Assembly: GCF_018977255.1 (NCBI RefSeq)
Contig: NW_024704743.1
Span: forward strand, 38,442,001-38,506,000
DNA: 64,000 bases
Source of the DNA: Callorhinchus milii
Lineage: Eukaryota
Reading direction: 5' to 3'
The stretch's first letter is position 1, and each line of letters starts with the position of its first letter. Positions 1-11,600 of this stretch are shown here, piece by piece. The translations under genes and the position numbers were made by a program. The notes beneath the pieces were generated by a model. That model had not been told where the DNA came from and did not search any database. It saw nothing but the letters and a program-made list of their open reading frames with translations.

Positions 1-1289
1 ACCACTCTATCTTTAACTGTGTCAAGGAGTGTAGTTTCTAAGAAGTATACAAGTTGATTGCCTTTCCCATTTATCAAATAATGGTTTCTAGAAATCAATG
101 TAGTTTAATTATTCTGGACTTCTGAATGGAGCTCTGACAATTAACTAAAATGTGAAATATGTTAGTTGTTCTATATAGTGCTTTTTGGTGCTATAGCTGC
201 AGATACGTTTTTAATGAATGTCCTTTGCGTTTTCAGTGGGGATGGCACAAACTATGGAGAGCTGCAACCTACACCTAAACCTGCTTATCGATTGACCGAA
301 CAATAAAAAGGACAAATGAAGTCCCAGGTCACATGGCATTCATTCTACTTGATCCACAAATCAAACGATGGATTTACCCCAACTGACATAGCTTACACTC
401 TGTAATTCTCTGTACGACTTGTAGCAGTGTGAAGGGCACTATATCAATGCATATTATTGTTGTTTTAGTGTCTCATTTTAAGAGCAACAACGATTTGCAT
501 TGTGGGTTCACAACAAATCAACATAGTCTTGAACCCACAACATTTTGACAAAGTTAGAGCTATGTAAAGGAAGCAGGAAATCCAGAAACAATGAGTGGAA
601 GAGCTTCCATTTGTGGCATGACAATGAACCTCTTCAACGCTGAATCCTTGTCCTCATACAGAGTGCTCAAGAAAAGTTGTTAGCACATTAAATGTATTCT
701 CTCAGAATAACTTCAATGTTTCGATTTTGATTTTAACTCCTCCCTCCCATTGAAAATCATGTTCAAACACAAAAGGTAGAAGAGAAAACAAAAACAACAA
801 GGGTTGGAAATGTGAAATGAAGGATAATGCTCAAAACATTAACTGATTAAATGCTGATTGCCCTGAAAATAAGATGCCAGCAATTTTGTATTTAAATTGG
901 AGGAGAACCCCTAGCGCACACTGCAGAAAAAAAGGTGGCTCAGCATTTTGGATCTGGGAAATTTGGAGTGGATTCGGGAGTTTTGAGGTGGGATCAACTG
1001 CACAGCACATACCATTGATCTGTAAGGAACAAACACTGGGGTCACCGTGTATCTAAAATACAGCCGTTAAATTGGTTGCAGCATATTCACTTAATTTTTA
1101 ACTGGCCAGCCGTGAGTCTGACACATGCAGAAACAACAACTTGCATTCATATGTAAATAATAATCCATTCACCCACAAAATACACAGCCACTTCACGATA
1201 CAGTAAATCCTGTGAGGGGCTTTGAGATGTCCCCCTGACATGAAAGATGCTGTATCAAATGTAAGGATTATTATTGTTACTTTATATAA

Positions 1290-1980
1290 ACCTTTTTACA
1301 TCTGGAGGGCATCTCAAAGTGCTTACAACTGACTGGGAGTCTGAGCTGGAGTGGTAGGAGGTGAAATGTTGGCTGAAACTACAGTAACAAAGATAGATAT
1401 TAAGGCAGGTTTTGAGAGTGGGAGGGATGGGATGAGATGAAGGGACTCTAGAGTCCTAAAGAATGGGGACAGAATGGCTTTAGGCTCGCCCATCAATGGT
1501 GGGGTGAATTCGGCAGTGCACATGAAGCAGCCTAATATTTGTTGACCCGAAGGAGTGGCCAGGGTAGAAGGGTTGCAGGAGATCTCAGAGGGGTCTGTGT
1601 GGGATGGGTGGGGGATGAAAGTGAAAATGATCTTGAATTCGATCAGCTGGTGGATGGGAAGCCAGTGGAACCAAGCAAGAACAGGCGTAATGGGCAGGAG
1701 TTAAGGAGTTCAGAGAGCAGAATAATCTGAAATGATCAAGACTAGACGTGGTAAAAGCATGGATGAGAATCAAAGAGTAGTTGACAATATGAAAGGCAGC
1801 AGCAGAGAGGTTGAGATTGACAAGAAGGCAAAGGAGCACTGGTCACAGATGGAGAGAATGTTGTTGGTGTTTTAGCCTGGACGTTGGGGGTGGCAGAATC
1901 AAATTGATGCAGCTTGTTATTAGGTGAATAAGGTACATCCTGCTGAGTAGAGTGTACACTCCAGTCCAAACAGAGATTTT
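1290..1980 (-). mobile_element. Decayed L2-clade LINE 3' region
   Basis: Purine-rich mirror image of the L2 segments seen on +; L2 tail at the left end. Confidence 0.5.
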
Positions 1981-2399
1981 TCAATGCATATGTGGAGCTC
2001 TAAATACAGTAGTTTGGTTTGGATACTTTTAATAATACTTAATTTTGATATAGCAGCTTTCACATTGGGAGGACATCTCAGAGTGCTTCACATGATATAT
2101 TGTAAAGTGCAGTGTACGTATGTGTGTTATGTGGGTGAATACGGCAGCCATTTTGCACCTAGCAATGTCCCATAAATAACCTTAAGTGAATGGCTAATTT
2201 TATATCTGGGGGATGGTTGGCCAGAACATCGGGAAAAACTCCCTCTCTTCTTGAATAGTGCCATGGGATCTTTAATGTTCACCAGAACAGGCAGACAGGC
2301 AGGTTGGTGTAACGTCTCAACTGAAGGAGGACACCTCCAACAACCCAAGCCGGGGGATAGGTTTCTTTGCCATCAATCTAAAATAGTCACAAATAGATC

Positions 2400-2660
2400 A
2401 AATAAGGAAGTTAGAAGAATTACTTCACACAGCGAGTAGTGGGAATGTGGAACATGTTACCACAAGGAGTTGTTGAGGCAAATAGCATAGATGTATTTAA
2501 GGGGAAGCCAGATAGGTACATGAGAGAGAAGGGAATAGAAGGTTATGCTTGAAGGCTTAGTTGAGGAAGAGCAGGAGGAGGCTCATGTGGAGCATAAACA
2601 CCGACAGAGACCAGTTGGGCCGAATGGCCTGTTTCGGTGCTGTATATTCTGATGTACGAG
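2400..2660 (+). mobile_element. CR1-clade LINE 3' end; other CR1 remnants near 4130-4560, 19020-19200, 34490-34720, 43100-43250, 47990-48130, 60460-60770, 63130-63300
   Basis: ...FTQRVVGMWN.LP..VVEA...FKGK.D-type text and terminal gggccgaatggcctgtttc..tgctgta. Confidence 0.7.
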
Positions 2661-2859
2661 TATCCTTCTGACATGAAAGGCACTATATAAATGTAATTTG
2701 TTGTTGTTGTTATCAGGCACCTGCCTGACCCCCCCGCCCCCCCCCAAAAAAAAAACACAGACCAAAGATTGGCTTAACATTTTTAAAATACGGAGTAACT
2801 ATTCCAAAGAATATTTCCGAAAGTATTCCAAAAAATAAAGAATACTTCCAAAAAATGTA

Positions 2860-3604
2860 GATAATGTTTCGGAACACGGGTTTTAACTCCGGGGTGGTTT
2901 GTTTTTTTTGTTTGGCGCGGCCGCGGCGGTTTTGTGCCGTCGCGTTCTTAAAAATGTGCATTGACTTTCTATTTTGAGGCGTGACCCTTCCGATGAATGT
3001 TTGTGCGACAATAGTGTCAAGCTGAGGGTTAAGTGTAACAGCAGTGACATCTATAGCTCAAGCTCAGCTCAGGCAACCAAACAGGAGGCTCTGCTCAAAA
3101 CGAAACCAAACCAACTTCCTGCATAGCCATCCCAGCTGCTCAGGACAAGACTGTGTCTGGCCACAACACACTCCAAGAGCAAGGTAATTCACCCCCCACC
3201 CCAAAACCCCCCCACTTCTTTACACAGGAGAGATTGCAACACAAAACCATGTTAAAAGCCACTGATCTTTTTTTTTTGGGTGCTGGTTGCATCAGCAAAT
3301 CGAGGAGTTGCAGCTGGAAAAATGTCGAGTCTTTGCCATTTTGCAACACACAACAACTGCAATGAGTGTTTATGTTGCAGGAGGGGAGGGAGGGAGGGGA
3401 GGGAGGGGTGTGTTGTGCCCTGGCCTGGGGGTGACTAGCCTCTGTGTGTGTGTGTGTATGTGGTGTGGGTGTGTCCCCAGCACAGAGCTAGGGTCTGGCT
3501 CTCAATGCACAGCTTGCAGCTTGTTCCTGCTGCTCAGCTCCCAAGGCTGGCCTTGTACATGCAACCAGCCTCCAGGGTTGGTGCAATAAGCTGTCCTTTC
3601 CAAG
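2860..3604 (+). promoter_or_regulatory. Candidate promoter and non-coding first exon(s) of the OTULIN-family gene
   Basis: Local CpG cluster (ggcgcggccgcggcgg near 2914-2929), IRF-like AAAACGAAAC (3097-3106), ETS-like ACTTCCT (3114-3120), strong donors AAG|GTAATT (3183/3184) and AAG|GTAAAT (3604/3605) upstream of the 5298 acceptor. Confidence 0.5.
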
Positions 3605-4607
3605 GTAAATTTTCTCTCTCTTTTTTGATTGCACAGCATCATCTCAAACCTTCCTCCGAGGCAACATTAGAGGCATTAATGGCGTTAAACTGCATTTGCT
3701 CAAATAGGTTGGATGTCTTTGTTCCTCGGAGATCTGTTTTCTGAGACCACGAGTTTTCAAACTCCACGTAAATGATTTGGACCTATTGAGAAATCTCGAA
3801 GTTTGCAGATACGAGTGGGAGGAAGGGTTGCCGTGTAATATTAGTATTAATAATAATCCTTGCATTTAATATAGCGCCTTATCACATCGGTGAGACGTCT
3901 TAAAGCGCTTCACAGAATATATTGTGAAGCGAATTGACTGATGCGAAATGCGGCAGCACACAGTTTGTGTCCCACAAACAGGCGTGGCCGTTTTTTGGAG
4001 GGGGTTTGGCTAGAGAGCGGAAGCTAAATTGATGTTTCTTTCCAGTTGGCAGAAGGTAATTAGTGGCATGCTGCAGATTGTTGTGCTGGGGCCACTCCTT
4101 TGTCCCATATATATATATATATATATATACATTAACAACCTCAATTTAAATAAAGGGAGCACAGTATCAAAGTTTGAGGATGGTACCAAGCTCGGAGGTA
4201 TTATATAATGAATAGTGAGGAGGATGGCAAAAGAGTGCAGGAGAATTTAAACAGATTTTAAGATTGTTCACAGATGAAGTTTAGGGAAGCAATATGTGAG
4301 ATAAACTTGAAATAAAAGCAGTCCCGAGTCTGAGTTGGTGTGTTGACTGGGTGATCTTAATGCCTTGGAGATAACTGGGATTGAAGGTCAGACCATGTGG
4401 GATCAGGGAGAAGACAGCTGAATGGATACAGAAGTGGTCACAGAGGCGAAAACAAAGATTAGGGGTTAACAGCATTTACTCAAATACGATAGATGTGGTG
4501 TTGTTCCTCAGGGATCTATTCTGGGATCATGACTTTTCAAACAGTTTGCAGATGTTACAAAGCTAAGGGGGAATTGTAAGTACAGCAAACCTCACATAAG
4601 TCATATC

Positions 4608-5000
4608 GACAACAACAAATTCCATTTGTATGGTGCCTTTCACGTTGGGAGGACGTCCGAAGACACTGGACAGTCAGGGATTTGGAGGAGGTGTGGAGGA
4701 TAGGGGTAGGAGGCTGGCCGAAGGTGCAATCGAAGAGGAAGGTCTTGAGACGTGCCTTGAAGGAATCAAGGGAGGGAGCGAGGCGAAAGGATTGTGGGAT
4801 GGGGTTCCAAACGGTGGGGCGGGCTGGCCAGGCGGGAGACGTGGAGCAGGCTAGAGCTTTCTGAGTGGAGGCTGTGGAAGGCCTTGAAGGTGAGCCTAGA
4901 TGTAATAAAGCGTGGATAAGGGTCTTGCCAGCCTGAGGGGAGAGGCATTGGCCGAGCTGGGCGATGTTGTGGAGGTGGGGGAAGGCAGAGCGGGTCTTGG
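4608..5000 (-). mobile_element. L2-clade LINE 3' end
   Basis: Minus-strand ORF ...PTVWNPIPQSFRLAPSLDSFKARLKTFLFD (L2 ORF2 C-terminus) followed by a ttg-repeat tail. Confidence 0.8.
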
Positions 5001-5450
5001 CATTTAAAACCCTTATAATCACAAGAGTACAGAATAATGGTTACCTGTAATAAATCCCCTTTGAAACATCTCTTTTGAAGCTTGAAGAGCTGTAGTTTGT
5101 CTAATTGAGGAGATCACCTCTCAATCTGGCGATCGGGCTTGTTGCTGTCCTCTGCACTGCGTCTCAGGCCTGGGTACCCCTGTTATGTCCCAGCGATCAC
5201 AACTATATGCAATATTCTAGATAAACATAATATTGTTAACATAATAAAGGACACTGTCATTGATAAGGATTTATTGATGGTTTACTTTCTGTTTCAGGGT
5301 TCATGGGTTTGATGAATGCCCAATACTTTGCACCCCAAGAATCACTGTACACTTCAAGCAGCTGTTTGTAGTTTGACTACTTTTAACAGCAGAGTAAACT
5401 GAATTTACGAGTACTATAGTTTGGCACTGCACCATGGTTTAATAAACAAA

Positions 5451-5641
5451 ATGGGAAATATGTGTTGTATGGAATCCAGTATACAAAGAAAATGCAAATT
5501 TATATCGCAAAATGAACGTGAAGCTTTATTAGAATCTGCAAAGTCTTCAAAGGTGACTGACGTTTGTGAGAAAGGCAGAGATCTGCAAATCAAAATGGAA
5601 AATGAAGGAGTTAGTGTTGAGGATTCTGCTCACGAAAAGAG
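5451..5641 (+). CDS. OTULIN: OTULIN-family gene, first coding exon (exon starts at acceptor 5298; [10 protein letters not shown]...HEK)
   Basis: Acceptor ttctgtttcag|g at 5297/5298; in-frame TGA at 5400-5402; ATG 5451 in good Kozak context (acaaaATGG); donor AG|GTAACC, phase 2. Confidence 0.7.
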
Positions 5642-8600
5642 GTAACCGTTTTCTGTTCTGAATTTATTGGTTTCTTATTGCTAATTCACAGTTGCCATCA
5701 TGGTAGGTAACCATTATTTTGAACTCTAGGGATTATAAAAACCTAATCGCTAGGCTTCAGCCCAGATAACAAGCTTCTTTAGTTTCTTTCTGTCATGTAA
5801 TCGATAAAATTCTTCCCCTGATAGCATTCAATTTCCCTTTTGAAATGTTGACACAATCTGCAGTGCACGTTCACTTCACTGTTAATAATTAAATCTGAAC
5901 GGCCTGTTCCCACTTTTCAGGTTGAGTCTGTATCTCTGGTTGTAGATTTATGACCATATTAAAATTCAGTTTATCTGTACCCTTCAATAAGATTTTCCCT
6001 CTTCAGGCTGAACTTGCTCCAAGGTAACATGTTTGACAGTGAAATGTAGAAATTGAGTCAATCCTCTGAGCTGTCTCCTCCATGCCTGTGGACTGACTAT
6101 GCCCCACTGATCAATTAGATAGATTTCAGTTTAGATAGATTTCTGTTAGGAAATAATAACTCTGGATACAGTATATAGTTTGAGACATGACATATGCATG
6201 CGACTGCTATGATGGTGGATGGCGAACTAAATGGACCTTTGTCTTCTTTCGCTCAGTGAATTTGTATGAATTCATATGTTCATATGTCCAACCCACAACC
6301 ATGGTCATCCTTTAACCTTGTCATTACCCATGGTCTTGACATCTCCGATCTGTCCATTAGATCAGAGCTGTCTCCTCTCCTTGAAAACCCAAACCCGGAG
6401 GCAAGCACCCTCCATCCATCCTGATGGCAAGTGCTGAAAAGGTCCTGGACTTCTTTGTCTCAAAGATAGAAAACATCCATCTGGTCCCTCCTCTTCCTCC
6501 CTCTAGCACCCCACCTGCCAAGCCTTCTACATCACCCATTCCTTCCTCTACAGATCCTACCACTGCACTCCCTTGCTCCCATTTCTCCTTCCTCCCTCTC
6601 AATTAATGTCACCTACATGAAGAAGTCCACCACCTTTTGCCTCTACAACCAGTCGCTCTGCTCAGGCTCCATCCTACTCCCCCTCAAAACCGCTATCATC
6701 ACTTCCCTCCTCAAAAAATCCACTCTCGATCTCTGTAAACTGACAAACTACTAGTCCGTTTTCACTTGTCTTTCGTCGCTAAAGTTCTGGAACACAATAT
6801 TACAAATCAACTTTGCTCTCACCTCTTCCTCCACTGCCTTCTCCCTCCCTTCATTACTCATTCTAAAGTATCGTGTGATCATCATGCAACTGGATTTGAA
6901 TGCTTTGCTCTTACTTGTTGGAAATTAATGTACACCCGCATTCATAAACTCAGTACTTGCGTGTGTGTGAGTGCGTGTGTAAAAGTCACTGAAGTGAATT
7001 CTAAATTGAATGAGTGGGTCGTAAACTCGAGTTACTTGCACTGCAGTGTTATTTGTGAGAATCATCTCATTCTTTGATTGTGTTTTTTTNGGGTTCCATC
7101 TGTGTGATGCTGGTGGGCGTAAAGGGACTGTTCTGGCATTGCTATTTCTATCAAACGTGAATGCTTTGTCTCGGTTATCATGAAATGATAATAATAATAA
7201 TCCTGGTATTTGATATAGGACCTTTTCACATTTTTGAAACGTCTCAAAGCGCTTCACAGAATATACTGTAAAGTGAATTGACTGTGTACTTTGTGGGCGA
7301 AACGCGGCAACCAATTGTTCACAGCAATGTCCCACAAACAGTCGTGGATTGAGTGACCAAATTATTATTGTTAGTTTTTGGTGGAATTGTTACCCCCGGA
7401 AAAGTGATCTGCCAAACGACGAACAACTGAGTTCCTACTTACTGCTAGGTAAACAGAGGCGTGTGGAGTAAGGAAACTTGCCCAACATTTCACCCTGCCG
7501 GGAATAGAACCCAGGTCTCTCACTTGCGATGCGAGTGCTCTAATCACTGAGCTGCAGGACTCCTTATTATAGTTATTATAATAATCCTTGCATTAGATGT
7601 AGCGCCTTATCACCTCTTCGAGGCATCTCAAAGCGCTTCACAGAATATACTGAACAGTGCATTGACTGTATATTTTATGGGCGAAAAATACTTCCTTCCT
7701 AATCGAAATTCTACCACAAATTGAAAATTGCTGTTCATTTCTATCTGTTCATCTACAAAATACACAGTCACTTCACTTTACAGTAAACTCCTGTGAAATG
7801 CTTTCAAACTTCCTTGCTGGTGGAAAGGCACTATATCAAATGCAAAGTATTTTTAAATTTGGGGGGCAAATTTACTGCCAGGTTTGTCGATATAACATTT
7901 GCTTCATTTCAAATCAATTATAGTTTGTAAAACCCTTGATGATGTTTATTGTGGCGTGAAAGGCACTACTCATTCTCTGCAATACACCTCAGCATGTATA
8001 ATCGTTTTATTAAAGTATGAGTAATTTTGTTCATCCCATGGTTTAGTTTCTTCCAGCAGATTTCAACTGAGGATACAGTTGTTGTGGGATCTAAAAGGAA
8101 TGAGTTTCTCACAGTTGTCCACCAGGAAGAAAGTGATCGTCAGCAAACTCTTTGCACCGAACAGGAAACTGTCATAGCTTCTGAACTCGCATTGGGACCA
8201 CCTCAGGTAGAACAGGCTGATTTACAGGATAATCCAAAGTAAGTTTCCAATTAGCCACTCTTTTGAGTCTTGTGTATTGGGTTCTATCAACTGGGACTGC
8301 TGGTTAGTGATCAATGTGAGAACCTTGGATGTAAGGAAGTTTTCTGGTGTGTGTAGGTTAGCACCAGACTGGATGGTACTTTATCACTATGGAGCATTAT
8401 TATGTGAGTGACACTCAAATCTACCTTTCTGCTTCTTCCTTTGATTGCAAGTCCACTGAGGTTCTGTCCGCCTGCTTCTAAGACATCAAATTCTGGATGG
8501 GCCTCAACTTTCCTCATCTTAACATGGGCGAGACAGAAGCCATCCTCTTTGTCTCTCGCAAATGCCTTATTTTTTCTGATCCAACTTCCTCAACCTTTCC

Positions 8601-11600
8601 CACCTCCAACTCACTGAACCAATGCGTGACTTTGCCTATTCAGTTCAGTCCTCAGCACTTTCCTCTCTCACATCTTGTCTTGGACTACTTTCCTGTATCT
8701 TCACCATATTTTCTGTCCCTGTCCCATGTTTAATGTGGGTGAAACCATCCTTCACGCTTTCATCATCTCAAGACTTGTTTTCTAAAATGCTTTTTTCACC
8801 AGCCCCCTTGGCTTCACCATTCATAACCTCATCTGAAACTCGGCCACCTTGCACCCTTTGTGGTCTTCTCCTACCTCCGTCTCCTGCTTCTCCCTCCAAA
8901 TAGCAATCTTGGACTTGCTTCATGCCCTTTGCCCACTCCACTCCACCATGGGTGACGCTGCCTTCAGCCACTATAACCCCACACTCTGCAACTTGCTCCT
9001 TCAACCTCTCCATTCGACCCCTCTCTATTTTCATAAATCACTTAATGTTTTCAACCATATGGCCACCTCCCTCTTCCCCCATCCTCTTTGTTTGGTGTCT
9101 GGCATCAGCCCTGTAAAGTGCTCTGAGGCATTGCTCCAAGTGAAGGGTGCTATACAGATTCACGTTCTTGTTGTTTTAGTTCTTGAACAGTGTAAGGCAT
9201 TTAATGAATGCTTTAAATCCCATACAAAGACTCTTGATTGTGATTGACAAGAAGAAGACATGGAAGTAGAAGATGTTCTCAAGAGTCCAATATTAACAAA
9301 ATCAACATGTCTGATTTGCACAATATTCTTCAAAAAAAATTGTGTGGAAAGAGAGTACTGTATAAAATGTAATGAATTGTTAAATATGCAGTTGTAGACT
9401 TGTTTTTTAGCTTCTCCATTTGTTTGCCCTTAAAGGAGTTTAGCATTTGAGAATCGAGCTGATTTGGAAAGTGAAAAGGGAGGCTTTCTTACTAACACAC
9501 AGCAGGTAGTCATTGAAAGTGGCTTTCAGGAACCTGCTTACACACTCCGGCAGACAAGTGTGGTCTGCAAACCAGCGACTGTTTTGGAGAGAAATGTATC
9601 TATAGAAGATCAGAACACTGCTTTCCATATGTTAAAAGATAATGGGTAAGTTGAGCTTTGTTTCAAGTTTGGAAATCTGTTATTATCAATAATAATAATA
9701 CTTCTTGCATTTGATAAAGCACCTTATTATGTTGTCGTGTCTCAAAGCACTTCACAGGATATACTGTAAAGTTTTTTTATTTTTACTGTGTTTTGTGAGT
9801 GAAATGCGGCAGCCAGTTTACGCACAGCAAGGTCCCACAACTAGCCATGAAGTGAGTGACCAATTTTATTTGGGGATTTTGTTGGCCAATACACCAGGAG
9901 GAACTGCCTTCTCTTTTTGAGTAGTGCCTTGGGATCTTTAACGTCCACCTCAAAGGAAGATAGGACCTTGGTTTAAACGTCTCATCCGAAGCATGGCACC
10001 TCCAACAATGCAAGCTCCCCCCTCAGCACTGCATTGGAGTGTCAGCTTGGACCATGTGATTCCAAGTCCTGACGTGGTGCTTGAAACCACATCCGTCTGA
10101 ATCAGAGGCGAGAGGGCTACTACTGAGCCAGGCTGATACTAAATAAAAGTAATCGTCATCTTCCTTGTTTTTTTCAGTACAAACCTGACCACCCAGTAGG
10201 AGTTGCTGGGTAGCTAAGTGTGATTGCTTGTTTTTCTGTCTCTCTTTCCTTTTCACTAACACGGGATGCTAAGACCAACTGTTCTACGTCTCCTAGTAAT
10301 CTACTGACAACAGTTATTTGCAGTTTGAACTTGGCTCAGCTACTCTCAGAATGAAACTAGCCATTGAGGTATACTGGGTTGTCAGTGGTATTTGCCCCAC
10401 GTACACTGGCAAACAAATTGCTGTGCACGAACCATTTGGATGTCTGGTTCAGAATCTTAATAACTGGTTGCCAACCTTTACTCAACAACACAGGTCAACA
10501 ACAGGAAGGTGGCAATCCTTGGGTATAGATGGGCTGAACACTTGGCCATGAGCAGAAGAGGAAGCCATATATTTGTGGAGACAACAGTGCCACCTCATTC
10601 CTTTCAGTGTTGCTGCTGGCTAGTATTTGGGAGCATTTAACTGTGCTGTAATCATACAGTTACAGTCTAGATTGACACTCCAGTACAGTGCTGGAGGAGT
10701 GCTGCATTGTCGGAGGTGCCATTCTTCGAATGAGATGTTAAATCGAGGTACAGTCTGACTGTTCAAGTAAATGTTAAAAAACCCATGGCACCTATTTGAA
10801 AAAAAAGAGTAGAGTTTCTCCCGGTTTCCTGGCCAATGATCTCCAAAATAAAATTGTTCATTCACTTCATGACTGTTTGTGGGACATTGCTGTGTGCAAA
10901 TTTATGCCACATTCACACACAAATACATAGTCGCTCCACTTTAAAGTAAAATCCTGTAAAGTGTTTTAAAATGTTTTGCACACATGAAATATGCTACATC
11001 AAATGCAAGGATTAGTTGGGCATATTTACAAGTCTATAAAAGGAAATCCTTTTCTAAATGCAGCTGCAATGTCTTCGGAAAATCGGAACTGGGGGAGCAA
11101 TGCACATACATGTCTGTGCAACAAGTTGTAAAGAATGATGTAAGCCCTGGGCCATTGAATTCAATGCTGCATGAAGAAGATGAGAGCCATCAGCTACCAG
11201 AACCTGCTGGTGTAACGTGCCATTCTGTTTTGAAACCTTCTGTGATGACTACAAAAAGAGTAAGACTGTCTGAAAACTGTGACCACAGAGATAGGTAAAA
11301 TGATTCTACTGCTATTTTTTCTGTGTATGACTTCATCCCCAATTTGTAATTACGTTCTGTAGCTTTGTTAGAATTTCAGCTATTGCAAATTGAGGAGAAA
11401 TTGGAATTTATTTCAAAAATAGAAGTTCAATCTAATGTTTGCATCTGGTCAAATGTCATCGAGTTGCATCTGGAGTTGTATTTTGAAGACCCAATACTTC
11501 AGTGAAGTGTTCTATGTTACATAAGAACATAAGATGGTTGCAGATTCCTTTTTGCGTTTTTTAATGAAAACAACTTGAATATAATTTACTGTATTTTTGA

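Noticed and set aside
3287..3744. Overlapping ORFs of about 100 aa near the putative promoter as a short canonical OTULIN first coding exon
   Set aside because: The frame that would splice in phase 2 from the 3604 donor has a stop at 3489-3491 and no later ATG; treated as non-coding leader
7090..7090. Single ambiguous base (n) after a T run
   Set aside because: Assembly ambiguity in an intron; ORFs crossing it are SINE-derived or spurious
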